A DNA stretch of 60,491 nt, counting the filler, from Sphacelaria rigidula (lineage: Eukaryota), in NCBI GenBank assembly GCA_964200075.2. It is 9 parts of 9 records of this genome, joined end to end, with 100 filler letters (N's around TTAATTAATTAA, not from the genome) between each part and the next. Parts side by side here need not be neighbours in the genome. Positions count along the whole stretch, not along the records: positions 20,200 to 26,832 come from CAXNAA020018942.1; positions 26,933 to 33,565 come from CAXNAA020018943.1; positions 33,666 to 40,297 come from CAXNAA020018944.1; 6 more parts are not named here. One strand, 5' to 3'. Position numbers and translations under genes: made by a program. The notes beneath the pieces are model-generated. The model saw nothing but the letters and a program-made list of their open reading frames with translations. It did not search any database and had not been told where the DNA came from. Positions 26,106 to 39,177 of the stretch are shown here, one piece after another. How positions within the stretch are numbered: the stretch's first letter is position 1; each line of letters opens with the position of its first letter.

Positions 26106-27349
26106 TACCATGGCCATGTAACGGTCAACTCAGGTCCATAATATGCACGTTCTTAGTGCTCAAAAAAACCCGCGGGTATCGCGAGATTTGCATGTTGAGG
26201 ATGGATTTTTTCGGGGATGAACCTCGGAAACGTTAATAATATGCGCCGTACTATTCTTGAAAAAAATGCAGATACACTATCCGGTGGTGTCGTGTTGCCT
26301 CGCTCATCCTCAAGAAGTAAAAAAGGCAGTTTCTCTAAAATCCGTGATGACAGGGATTCTGACGAGCAAGAAGTTTTTGTACGGGGATGAACAAACCTTG
26401 AAATTGTTCGGGATGAACACGAGACACGATAAATTGCGTATGTATTATTTTCACGATGAGCAAGGTCATACATCACGGCCGGAGAGTGCATTTGCATTTT
26501 ATTCCATAGTATTTCGATGCTCAGGCTTCTTCTCATGTATCCAAAGATATTTTGTTGAAAAGTGCCTTATTGGCTTTTCTCCGTCGTTTTTCGCCCGAAA
26601 AGAGGGCTAGGCGGATGTTGACACCTTGGAATGATTTACTTCACTCGTTGAGAATGTGCCAGGGCGCCTTTGCGTTTTTCGGTGGCCTTAGGGTCGTCAT
26701 TGACTAGACTTTTTTCACGGATTTTTCATTCTTTTTCGGTAAAATTTCCGACTTCTAAGGCCGCTTCTTATTATAATAGACAAAAATAAAAACCTGGAAA
26801 AGTGTTCTTTTGGAGCTTCTACGTCGTTTTACNNNNNNNNNNNNNNNNNNNNNNNNNNNNNNNNNNNNNNNNNNNNTTAATTAATTAANNNNNNNNNNNN
26901 NNNNNNNNNNNNNNNNNNNNNNNNNNNNNNNNAAAAATTTGGATGTCAATAACCGAAATGTTGGGGTCCTACGGGAAAATCCAATTTCAGGGTATTTCGG
27001 CGATCCGGCGGGGAGTTTTGAAAATCCGACACCACCACGTTTTGCATCTTCTTCCTTAGAGATAGCGTGAGGGGTACGGTGAGGGTATTGGTTCGGAAAC
27101 CCTGGTGCTATGGAGAGCTGCGATTATGCACACTCTCATTTCGAGTGTTCTTTCTCGAGGCATATGCTACGAGCGAAATGTTTCCTCTACAAAGCGAGTC
27201 GTGCATCGCCGCAGACCGTCGATCTTCAGAGCTTTCAACGTCACTAGCCATGCTTTCAGTATAGCTGTGCAAATTTTACAGAGTAGAGTGCCTCCGAAGA
27301 TGAAGTTTTAAAACACCCGAAAATGAAAAATCCCACACCTGCATTCTAT

Positions 27350-28050
27350 TTCATACCAAAACTGGGATATGCAAGAGAAGAATGGCAGGGGAACGTGAGA
27401 TTAGTGAATAAATGAAAACAGTACCGATTTCAGCAGCTAAGGAAATGGGTGCTCGAAAGCGACGAGTTATACAGCTTCGAGAGCAGGGTCGGGAATGTAC
27501 CCACTTAAGAACAAACAGGGATATGAGGAAATTTAGACGGCAATATAGCGTAAAAAACATGCGGAGAGATTTCTAGCCATTGTTATAGGGCTTTATGGAA
27601 TGAAGTACGAACGGACAGGCTGAGATAAGGTGCGACAGAGAAGTCGAGAAAGTATGGAAAGAGATTGGGGGGAACCAATACGGAATATAGTCTGTAGGTG
27701 AAAGTGCGGGGTACAAGGGACATGATGGACATGAGGCAAAACGAAACGTTTAGGGGTTAGGGTTAGGCCATCAGACGTAAAGTAGACGAAGAAGATCACC
27801 TGAAGATATACGCGGGCTTGAGAGAGGGGATAGGGATGGAAACGTATCTAGCCGCATGGGCCGATGGAAGCGGCGAAAAAAGTGAAACTGCGATTTCGGG
27901 TGGGTGGACTCCGGGTGTGATAAAAAATCGGCAAATGTTTTCTCCAATACTGTAGTGTGGGTAGCTAGTGTTTGTTAGTATTCAACTACTGTAGAGTTCG
28001 ATGGGAACGCGCCCTAACTCTAAGTTTTCAGTCGGTAAAGCGGACAAGAG
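27350..28050 (+). mobile_element. Decayed LINE ORF2 3' fragment
   Basis: Homologous to the reverse complement of ~9240-9790 (GGAATGTACCCACTTAAGA, GAAACTGCGATTTCGGGTGGG) and to 30338-30900. Confidence 0.8.
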
Positions 28051-28308
28051 CAGCTCGCCGAGGGGCTAAGGGTAGAGTGCTCCGAAATTCACGTCATACA
28101 GCAGGGACGGTGCACAACGTCGGATCCCGACAGGAAGCACGAGCACCGCACCAATACACGAAGTGAAACAGCATATCTGGCATGGCGCATGGTACAACGC
28201 GTAGCACTAAGCGAGGCACTGGCTTCCACGACAGAAACAACCGAACTCCTCTACTATCTTCTGGTCATCACCCAACAGTCTCGTTAGAAACGTTACAAAG
28301 CAGCTCAC

Positions 28309-28380
28309 CTGTCAGCCGGTTGTTGTACAGCATCAGCTTTGTCAAAGCGGTCAGCTGTCCCAGCTCCTCGGGGATATCTC
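28309..28380 (-). CDS. Single 72-nt leucine-rich-repeat exon (LRR/ROCO-type protein)
   Basis: CAG|GAGATATCC...CTGACAG|GTGAG. Encodes GDIPEELGQLTALTKLMLYNNRLT, one 24-aa plant-type LRR, as a symmetric phase-1 exon. Confidence 0.9.
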
Positions 28381-30293
28381 CTGTGCCGAACGAAGGGGAC
28401 AGCATGGACAAACGAGTAATTTGACGGCACATTTGTTTACCTCCACGGAATACTTGTAAGCCTTGTGGACTGCCGCCGGTTGCTTCACCTTTTATAATAG
28501 TCGGTGGCGGTTTTATACGTTGCAAGTATTTCAGTTTCTCACCCATGCAGTGGGATTTAACACCCCATAGCAGAGTGGGGCACACGAGTGAGGCACATGG
28601 TTAGACATGGAAAATTCTACGGTAGACGTCAATGGACACAACTGCGGACGATAAAAAAGGCACGTAGCCTTGCTTAACCCTTAGACAGCGACCCCCCCGC
28701 AGGTGGAGCGAGACGGACAATGTCACATTTGGAGTTCAGAACGGCTCTTCTCTCCCTGCACGAGAAACATTTTTCTTCGTCATGTGGACGCTGGGCATGT
28801 ATAAAACAAATCGTTGCGGAGAACCCCCGACCAATTTTGACCGTGCAGTCAATAGAATGCAGAGTCAGTGTTTGTGCGGTGTGTATCTGCTGGATACAAC
28901 GGCAAGAAATAGTCAGCGTGCGATTGCTCTCTACTGAACACAATTTACTGCACGCTGCTAATTGCTCTACTTAGTGTTCCACAACATTGCCATGGCCAAA
29001 ATGAGAAACATCGATAGACAGCGAAGTGGTCCACCTGTAGGGGAACTACGTGCTCATTTTGACGGCGGTGATCGGTCGAAATGGTCGCCCAGCACCTTTC
29101 GGTCCACGTTCGTGGCTCACAATCTTCAACGGGAAACTTCCAAATACACATGGTTGGCTTAGTGAACTTCTCCGCTGGTCTGCGGACAGATCATCCTTCT
29201 CTCCCCTCCCCTGTTTGTTACGTTGTGCATGTGATGCGTACCTTGTGACCACGCCTGAATCTCCCGGGGATCACTTCATGTACGACATTCAATCGATCGA
29301 GTTCGTTCATATATTCTCATCGTGATTCCCATGGATTCATAGTCAAAATACATAGTAGCACAAGAGTAGGACACCTGCTCGAACATGGCACAGTATGGGC
29401 TACACTCGAAACGACACACTTATGTGTTGGATTACACGTACACCTACACTCGTGCTCAGTCGATCGGTGATTCCCTTCATGTTGCTTTGAACGCTAAATC
29501 TTCAAACCTCTCACGGAACCTTCAGGATAATCCTTTGGACAACATCTCTGCGCACATTCGGGGAAAAAAATGTAAACCAGGCCGTACAGCAAGAGCATTA
29601 GGTAGCACGTGACCAACGAAGTTGCTGTTTTCATGGGCGGTGTAACACTGTAGGAACCACTCTAAAGATGAGCAAACAAAACCTTCACTTGCCCGCGTGT
29701 ACCGGCCCAGAACGCGCCGGGCGCTGCCGTGGTAAATGTTGCCTGCGGTGTCACCCTGATACTCTTCGAATAGAAATCACACAGCTGGTAAGTCGAGAAC
29801 TGTGTTCCGTGGAACCCCATGCACTGTATCCAGAAAAAGACTTCAACCCTACATCGCAAGGCGTTACTACGGAATCGACGTTTCCTAGGGAGCATGCACA
29901 GAATAGAGACTAAGATACTGGCTCACATCGGCCATCCTCAACAACTCTCCACGTTCGTCGGACTACCGTCGTACACGTGGGCACCACTGTGGAGCCCGTT
30001 TCTAACTAGATTATGAAAAGGTACATAGACACGAACGAAAACAGCCAAGGCGTTGATCACAGCTTCAATGGTCGCGAAAGCTAAGAGGTCCGCACTCAGG
30101 CCATTCCTTGGTATAGCGGTAAGCCTAAATTATCACAACTACTAAAATGGCACCAAGAGGACGTACAAGAACAGCGGTTTGCCCATTCGCGTCTGACACC
30201 AAAGCTGTGGGATTTGTAAAACGGCGTAGGGCGTGGAACGCAATTCGGGCGGACGTACAGGCCCGTCATCGGGAAGTATGAACTTCCCTACCG

Positions 30294-30339
30294 TTAGGGT
30301 TAGGGTTAGGGTTAGGGTTAGGGTTAGGGTTAGGGTTAG
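30294..30339 (+). repeat. Interstitial telomeric repeat (TTAGGG)7 TTAG
   Basis: Perfect hexamer run; a shorter degenerate run lies at 27749-27767. Confidence 0.95.
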
Positions 30340-30900
30340 TAATACAGCTTTGAGAGCAGAGTAAGGAACGTACGCACTTAAAACAGCGACATGAGGAAAT
30401 TGAGATGGTAGTATAGCATAAAGAAGATTCAGAGAAAGAGTTTGCCAACCATAGTTGATAGGGCTGCATGGAAGAAAGTACCGAACGGGCACGCTGGGAT
30501 AAGGTGGGATAGAGAAATCGAGAAAGTATGGTAAGAGATAGGGGGAAACCAACACCAAATCCTATGCATAGGTGAAGGCGCGGGTTACAAGGGACATGAT
30601 AGACAGGGCAAAAAGGAATGCTTAGACGCCAAGTAGACGAGGGAGAACACCTGAATATACCAAAAGGCTTGAAAGAGGGGATGAGGATGGAAACATATCT
30701 GCATGGCCTAAAGCACACGGCGAAAAAATTGAAACTGCAGTTTCGGGCGGGGGGGCTCTGGATTTGATCAGATATCGACACATATACATCCCATTTGGCA
30801 CAAAAGTGCAGGTTGTGCTTCGAAAGCATGTGTTGGTATTCAACTACTGTTGGGTTTGAGGGGAACGCGTCGTACGTTTCCAGTCGGTAAAGTGGACGAA
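30338..30900 (+). mobile_element. Decayed LINE ORF2 3' fragment
   Basis: Colinear with 27465-28050 and with the reverse complement of 9240-9670. Confidence 0.8.
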
Positions 30901-30902
30901 AG

Positions 30903-32830
30903 TACGAGCTGGGCCAGCCTAGAGGCGGATTTGAAGTTTGCAGGCGAATGCACCGGCCAATATTCAGAGCTGGAGCGTAAAAATTGGTATGGCTAACGCG
31001 GCCATTCGGTTCCTGTTTGGAAATCCTTTATCGTGACTCTCACCATCTGGAGGGTAAATGGTCCTCTGAAGGGTAAAATACCCTCTAGAGGTGAAAATCC
31101 CTCTAGAATGGACATAAACGAATCCTCTAGAGGGCATCTGATGCTTCAGTGACTTCTGCGGTCTGAATACCCTGTAGGGGTGTTTCATCCCTCTGGAATG
31201 TAATTAAGGAATCCTCTGGAGGGCATCTGATGCTCCAGGGAGTATTCCTCAAGTTTCCCGAATCAGTCCGATATATACATATGACCATATCGCTGCTGCT
31301 GTGAAATGCATACCCCCCAGCAAACTTGTGGCACTTCATCACCCACCGCGTTCAGAGATCGAACCATGCAAACCCCATAATACTTATTCCCAGCTACCAC
31401 CACAACCCTGCAGGTAAGAGCACGGGTTGGGCACAGGCGCGGCGGCGGAACCACGCGGGGTACATAGGGTGCGGGGAATGACTGACTTGCTGCCCACACA
31501 CTCGAGTGATCATGTACAGTGCAGCCATAGACAAAGCTGCGCACGCTGTTCAAGTCATTTTCACGTCGCACTGTGAACAGAAAACATATATAGTCCTGCC
31601 CTGTCTGTGCTGTACTTTGTCCGTTTCCCTTTCACGTCCTACTGAGGGCAGTTGTGCGCATGCTGTAAGAACGCGCGTCGTGGTCTATACTGCAGTAGTA
31701 GCTAACGGTATATAACACCCCCATGTACGCAAAGTTACAGGCATCCACTCTGTATAGCCATACGCTGCCCATATGCCACGCTAACTCTGCAGTATATTGC
31801 ACCATACGTGTATAAGCACGATATAGTACTGTCCTGCACGGCATTGGACAGTCCAGTATACAGCACCAAACCGCGTGCTCCTCGTTGTGATCGTCATATC
31901 GCCATCAAAGTACATTAAAAAAATGTTGTGCGGTTTTTATTATACTTGTAGACCATGGACTACGGGGTTTTCAAAACCTGTATCTATACAATAGCGAGGT
32001 ATTTCCGCCACAACATATACTCACCTGCTAAAGCTACACAGCGCGGCCGACATACATTGGTATGTGAGACTTGAACAGCAGAGGCTGCTCGTAAATACTT
32101 TTTTTTACAGGACGAATTGATGGGCAAAAGGAAGATTTATTTCTCACAGCTTTTTCTTTACAAACTCCACCTACCAGTGTATATGGGATTTGTACAGCCT
32201 CTCTCCTGTTCTAAGTAAATCCTCTATGCCCGGCGTCGGGCATGAAGGATTTATATAGAACAGCAGAGGTTGTCCGAATTGCGTTTTCCATAGCATGCGC
32301 GTGGCTTCAAAAATAATCCAGACGATTTCAATGTTGACACAGTAGACCTTCGAGGGAGAACCCAACCTTGAAAATCCTCTAGAGGATTACAAATGCCCAA
32401 GATCCTTTAGAGAGCGGTTTTAGAACGGACGCTAGGTAGGGTTTCGTTTTAGAAAATCCTGTACCGGTAGCCGAACGGCCGCGTGTGGGACAACGCATAG
32501 GGCACAAAACAAACATTATAAAAGCACCAGAAGTTTTTTATTTTTTCCATGAGTTAAGGGCAATAATCAGTTTTCAGGTATCAGTAAAATGCCCCTAGCT
32601 TACGAGAATAAACCTTCTGGTGCTTTCGTAATTCTTTTGTTTATGCCCTATGCATTGTCCACACCAGAGTATACGCTTCAACTCTAAGTATTGGCCGGCG
32701 CATTCGCCTTTTGAAAACCGGGGCGGTAAAAATTCTGAACATTATTTCGCAGGCCACTCACCGGCCCACGTTTGGTTTTCGTGTATTGAAATTTTGTGTG
32801 GGCCCTCGCTAGGACATAATTATGACAACT
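30903..32830 (+). mobile_element. Mariner-like element interrupted by a ~1.5-kb CACAC-terminus TIR element (30995-32487)
   Basis: The host aligns to 15434-15845 on both sides of the insert. The insert is bounded by ACGCGGCCATTCGG ... CCGAACGGCCGCGTGTG and has subterminal CCTCTAGAGG repeats. Confidence 0.7.
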
Positions 32831-33309
32831 CAGTGGGTGAGGTTGCCTTTTTCTCCATGGTTTACGGGGTTCCAGTATGATAAAGACCATTTCTTCAATA
32901 GAACGCCCTAACCTCTATGAAAAATAATGAAGGCCCATTTTATTCTATCCGACAGACCTTCGTGGTTCTCCATGCTAAGTTTCAAATCATGATTATAAAA
33001 GTTGAGCTCAAACATTGAGATAAGGCCTGACAGCAATATTCATTTCTCCTCGAAGCTCAACTAAAAACACGAAAAACGATGAAAATTACGAAAAGTAGAA
33101 CAATATGAAAAATATGAAAAAAATACGAAAATAAATAAGGTTAGAAGCTGTTTTCAATTTTTTTATCCTGCACTAGCGGTTCGCCATTTTTTCGTGTAGA
33201 TGTTTTGTTTCCTGTCTTTTTCTGAGGGCTGTTTGGGGTATGGGTATGGGTAGTAAATTCCTCGCACTCTGTGACCACGGGTTCGAGAGATCGAGATAAT
33301 GTGACAGAT

Positions 33310-33502
33310 ATAATAATATCATCATTAATAATATATTAATAATATTATTAATGATAATGATAATTATGAAAATGATGATGATGATATTAATAATAATGAT
33401 AATGATGATGATGGTAATAATGATGATAATAACAATAATAATAGTTATAATAATAATTATAATAATGATGATGATGATGATAATAATAATAACAATAATA
33501 GT

Positions 33503-33560
<58 letters not shown>

Positions 33561-33565
33561 GTTAT
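33310..33565. repeat. (ATA/ATG)n microsatellite
   Basis: Directly visible; runs to the contig end. Confidence 0.95.
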
Positions 33566-34614
33566 NNNNNNNNNNNNNNNNNNNNNNNNNNNNNNNNNNN
33601 NNNNNNNNNTTAATTAATTAANNNNNNNNNNNNNNNNNNNNNNNNNNNNNNNNNNNNNNNNNNNNGGGGGCGGGCTACTGTGTTGCTGCCCTTAGTTGTG
33701 TGCCGTTTGCCCCCGCCTCCTTTTCGGGGCGGCGCGCGGGTGGTGTGGGGGGGGGGGGGGGGGGTACTACTGCTGGAGTAATGTTTTCGTCCGTTGTACG
33801 CAAAAAGTTGAAGGGGAAAGAAGGAGAAAATGTTCGATTCAATACTTTATACATACACATGTGAGCGCTACTCGGACTCCCACAAACTTCTATCATGACC
33901 TACCTCACCAACCCCCTTCATCCCCCACGAGACTGTCATTTGAACTTTGCTCTCGTCGCGCACCTACTCATTGTCCTGCGAAGGAGAGTGCGTTCCGCAG
34001 AATAGTGCCTGCTACTTTTTCTTCCTTTTTTTTCTTTCATTTGTTATGTAGTTGTTCGATGCCATCTTCGGCGAAAACTGTAAAACGAAGCGCCCTTGTT
34101 TGTTGTCCTGGTGGTGCCTCTATCGGAAAATTGTTCTGTAGCGCTTCAGCGTGACCTGCTGAAGTATGAAATCCAACGAGGGCTGGGTACTGGCGCAGCC
34201 AGTCAGTATATTTTTCACTGGCTACTGACGCAGCCAGTATAGTGGACCCCGCCAGAACGTCCGGCCTGCGACGAAACCCAGCCCTGGACTCATTTTCACG
34301 CGAATTGGCTTCAATAGAACAACTACATGCGATACCTTGGCTTCATTTTACGGCGTAATTCAGATGGGTCTCCGTTGAGTAATGAAGCATTGTAGTGGGG
34401 CGCACGTGAGTAAAAACGTACTGGCAGGACCGGCTGCTATTTTTCTAGCATCACTACATTGGCAGTACCAGTAGGACTTCCAGTGTTCACTGGTTCAGTA
34501 CTGTAGACTTTAGCCATCTGTGTTCCCCAGGTTAAGTACACAAGGGCAGTCGGAACAATGTGTCGTAGGCGTGTTTGCAGCCGGTTGAAGAATATTGCAC
34601 AGGGCTGACATGAT

Positions 34615-34930
34615 TGTCGTGTACCGGTATGGAAGTCTTTCAGAACATGCAGGAACCCGTCGGGTATGGTATGGGGGTTGTACAGAGACCCTTACCCGCA
34701 ACCGGGTATTTCTACAAGTGTATACCTATACCCCGGGTAATGTTGAAACATTTTGTGCATATCGTACACAAGTGCCGGTTACCGGTATGGCAAGGTTACG
34801 ACACTCACAGAACTGTCGGGTACGGGTATGGGAGGCTTACAGAAATCTCAAAACCTGTCGGGTACGAACACGGGTAAGTAACCCAGGTATACAAATAATC
34901 GCACCCTTCGGATCAGCAAAACCTTGAAAT
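34615..34930 (+). repeat. ACAGAACTGTCGGGTACGGGTATG minisatellite element
   Basis: Units of roughly 40 bp; second copy at 45121-45390. Confidence 0.7.
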
Positions 34931-35364
34931 ATTACGAAACCACGCTTCAGTACACTATGGTTTTTGCATATAGTTGGATTTGGGTGCGATTTTTGTATTT
35001 TTATTCCCCCGACAATGGGCCTAGAATGGGTGAACTTTTTGGGGGGTGGTCCCAAAACTGATACCGGCGTTCGCTTTTTTTTTTTAAATCACTCGCGGGT
35101 GTTGTACTAACAAGAATTTGAGTTGCACCGAATTTGGCAAAGACATAATTTTTGTTTAGAATGGCACTACTTAATAAGACGCCGGTACGTTCTGTTCTGC
35201 AGTACGTACATGCGTGTGTGTATGTGTGTGCGTGTCTCGTGTCTGTGGGTCTGCGTGTTTTTCTGTGTGTGTTTGCGTACGCGTGTTGTCTCGTGTTTTC
35301 TGCAATGCTTGACCACTGCTGTTGTGTTCGTGTATGCGTACTATTTTACTCCTTGTTTTAAAAG

Positions 35365-37028
35365 GTTCTACTGACGGGTGATGCATTCACGGGCAAGACT
35401 GCCTTGATGGCCAAGACGGCGGTGGATTCGGGATTCCCTTTCATAAGAAAGATCTCGGCGGATGAGCTCATCGGGATGGGAGACGTGAGTGCGTCTTGCT
35501 GTTTGTTCCGTTCCGTTCCGTTCCGTTTGTTTTATTTTTACTCCTCTCGTTCTTGCCATGCTGTATAAAGCTCACACCCTGGACAAGACAGTAGACTGTC
35601 ATGGAGTGTACCGTGTCCAGTATCGACTATTTTTTCATTGCTTCTATTCCAATAGACAATATATTCCGTACAGTTTGTTTGGCGTGAGTTGACACGATGC
35701 GGGAGTGCTGGTCATGATCCAATCCGCGAGACCAAAATGCAAGGCGTGTACCGGGGAGAGATGGATCGATCCCTTGAGACCACGGACTCGTCCCAACGAA
35801 GGGGGCGTACTCATTTGTTGCTTGCCTTAGTCATTTGACCATTGACCACGCATCCCTTTCGAGACGGAGCACCGCAACGAAGGGGAGGGATCTAAAGTGG
35901 CGACAAATGAAATAAAAAATGTAATGAAAATAAAATAAAATAAACTGTATACAGTACACTTTCCACGAAGTAATCTGTCGTCCAGGATGTGTGAAATTCG
36001 CGAGATGCTGTGACGAACCGCGTCAGAAATCAGCACCAAAAGAAGTGTCAAGTGTCTATCCACAGGCTCTAGACCCGGAGTGAATGAATGGACAACAAGG
36101 TCTATTTCCTTCCGTGAGGGACAAGATATCGTGCGTTTTACCCTGTGTAATGATTTTCTTGGTCTGAACTGACCTAGCTTGGGGCGAGTCGAGGCTCGCC
36201 AGGACGTGTAGCTGATTACTCCGTATCAGCTGACACGTAACCACGTCACCGGCTTGTGTACGTTCCAGTAGCACGAGACGCGTTATACGGGACGACAGTT
36301 CCGGGGTACATGCGGTGGAACATGAGTGGGTGGTACCTGGTAATCAAAGTGGGACGAATGCTAATACATGCACTGTTTTCAAGATCATTTTTATTCATGT
36401 ATATATATATGCATGTTCGAACGATAATGTTCGTATAATGTATTTTTTGTACTTCGTTATTACATGTATTTATAGCTAAAGAGTACGAGTGAAACAGGGC
36501 ACAATTTCTTCTGCGCGCTGTAGGTCTACATAGAGTATGGGGGCAGAATTGCCACAAAGATATCCTGCACGTGCTTTGTGTGTGGGCATAATAAGAAATC
36601 CAGCGGCGAATGTGGCTTTTGATAGCCTTTTTTTGTCCAAGACATTCGCGTCCCACGGTGACGTGTAGCTGAAAATACAACACTCTAAATCTCTCCCTAT
36701 TGTGTAGCTCGATTTTCCCGTTTTATTTGCTGAGTAGAATCACCTTGTGACCCCGGGTGTTGTGGATGCGCAGCAGATCCGTTACTGTGCGACAGATGAC
36801 GAGCTAACCAATCACCTAACCAATCAGTGCATCGATCAATCAACCATTCGATCGATGGATTTACCCCAAAGGTAGGTTTAGCACAGTGATGACAGGGCGC
36901 TGGTGAGCCACCACAGATTGCAACATACAGCGCATGTACTTGTGTTTGACGGCCGCTACAGTACACACTGCCGCATGGTGATTGTCACTCCTGTACATGC
37001 TCTACAGGCAACAACCAGCGACTTTTTT

Positions 37029-37070
<42 letters not shown>

Positions 37071-37306
37071 ACACACACATACGGTATCGTTCCACAATAC
37101 TTCTCAACATCTCAGCCAGTCGACTGCCATCCTCAAAAACGCAGGTACAAAAGGCGAGATACATCAGCAAAGTGTTCCTGGATAGTTACAAGTCACCGCT
37201 GTCCATCATCCTCATCGACGACCTCGAACGCGTGATCGACTTCGTCCGGACCGGCCCGCGATTCTCCAACACGGTGCTTCAGACCTTGCTGGTGCTGCTG
37301 AAGAAG
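35365..37306 (+). CDS. NSF: N-ethylmaleimide-sensitive factor (vesicle-fusing AAA+ ATPase), two D2-domain exons
   Basis: Exon 35365-35484 VLLTGDAFTGKTALMAKTAVDSGFPFIRKISADELIGMGD (Walker A). Exon 37145-37306 VQKARYISKVFLDSYKSPLSIILIDDLERVIDFVRTGPRFSNTVLQTLLVLLKK (NSF signature GPRFSN). Phase-0 GT-AG junctions. Confidence 0.92.
35805..35874 (-). mobile_element. 70-bp LINE 3'-end insertion with 11-bp TSD
   Basis: CAACGAAGGGG at 35794-35804 and 35875-35885. Confidence 0.9.
37030..37079. repeat. (CA)n microsatellite in the NSF intron
   Basis: Directly visible. Confidence 0.95.
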
Positions 37307-37783
37307 GTTCGTCTATCGTGTATGTACGTACGTACATCACCCATCCCATAAGTGAGCTTGGTTATGGGGTATACATCATATCTCCGTAACGCAAGTGCTC
37401 ACGACTCCACAGGTACATCGATTGAAAAATATCCAGTTATGGCTGGTTTAGGGAAGCAAAATGCACACGTAAATCTAAACGAAAGAAAAACGAGCACAAC
37501 GAGCAGCTGAGAATTCCCACGCTTGGGTTCGTTCCTGCTAATGTCGCCCATATGAGGCGCTTCATGCAGCCTGAAACCAAACATCAAGCGCTGTATGACC
37601 AGTTTTTTCGTGATAGCTTTGGGCTGGTTTCGGGGGGGGGGGGGGGGGGGGCTCTCGGGGAGCGTGTTTGTGGGGGTCGCTTCGGGAGAAAAAAAAAACA
37701 ANNNNNNNNNNTCCTTGTGTGGTTCCTTGTCCTCCACTCCACACCTTCTTTGCTGCTGTTTTTGGTTTTTTTTTTGTTGGTTG

Positions 37784-37816
<33 letters not shown>

Positions 37817-39133
37817 CTACCGTGCGAAGCGTCTTCTGGAGATGCTCATGGAAAAGGAAAACACGAAAATCAGCGTCAAATTCGTTGAGAATTGTTGGGT
37901 CGCGATTGCCCAAATTGTTGATCATTTTGACACCCCATTTTGGCTGGCATTTTGATGATTGTGACCGATTTTCGGCCATGAAACGTCGGACACAGCTTGC
38001 CGTGCGGCTCTGCAGTGTACGAGGAAGCGTATTTTTCTCGTTTTTAATAATCCAAGAAGGGAATTTGGAAAATATAAAAATTATTCGTTTTTGGCGATTT
38101 TGTTCGAACTTCCTGTTTTGTTCTGGAGGGGGGCGTTCTCATTTGTTGCTTGCCTCAGTCGTGTGACCATTGACTTTTTTTTGGATGGGCGGGGGGGGGG
38201 GGAGCGAGAACATCTACATTCTGCCATCTTGTGGCCGACGACTTGTCTTCGAGCCTTCGCCCACGGAGGGTAGTGGTGAAACACGAGAAAACGAGAAAGA
38301 CTTTCGACTAAAAAATGCGGAAGATATCGAAAACAGTGTGGCCTTTTACATTGGGCACGTTGAAGGGATGTTTAGAAACAAGTATAGAGATAGCTGTACG
38401 GTACTGTACAGCCCAGTACTGTACTGCAGCTTTCATCAAATACCCCTCTTCCCTATTTTCAGCCCTTTGACTGCGCATGTGCTCTAGTCATTCTCCAGCG
38501 AGTTGATGCGTGCCCTCTTCTTTTTTTATTTGCTATTGTATATTAGTAATGCACGAATGATATATTACAGCAATCCAGGAGTGTCTTCATCTTGTGGATC
38601 GACATTCATTTTTTACTTTGGAAAATTGATTTTTGTAGTCAGACTTGTGGTGACCCATCTGTTTGCACTCAAAGGGTTTGGGATTTCATCGTCAAAGGGT
38701 TATACACATAATGATCATATAATTCGTAAACGTTTGATCGCCCATGCTTTTTTTTCGGAGATTTTGTACGCTGACGGCTCCGCAAGTTTCCGACGGGAGT
38801 GATGCTGCGATAGCCCCTCCCACGCCCCCCCTCCCACCCTCCCCAAGGGGTCAAAAAATGAAGTGTCACGAAAAATAGCCACACGGGGGGGCATCGAGAT
38901 GATGGGTCGTTTCAGAAAATAGGTACTGGAATTTATTATGTAGGATGCAGATATAGCTGGTTTCACAAAGCAGATATGTAAATTTTATCATGAAGAACGC
39001 AGATTCAAGCTGGTCTTGGGAATCAGTTTTTCGAATTTGTTCTTGTTGGATGCAGGTATAGCTGGTTTCAGAAATCAGGTCCAAACATCTCATACAGGTT
39101 TTTGCCTCGGTCCGAATTACACTTTTCTGAGGG

Positions 39134-39177
39134 GGGGTGTACTCATGACCTTGCATGCCACAGTCATATGACCATAA
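39134..39177 (-). mobile_element. 44-bp family-B 3'-end insertion with 11-bp TSD
   Basis: TTTTCTGAGGG at 39123-39133 and 39178-39188. Confidence 0.85.

Noticed and set aside
33351..33617. Ile/Met-rich ORF
   Set aside because: Translation of the ATA/ATG microsatellite.
33666..33770. G-rich sequence resembling a garbled family-A tail (similar stretches at 1-100 and 37620-37820)
   Set aside because: Probably low-quality base calls next to poly-G; not counted among the tail copies.
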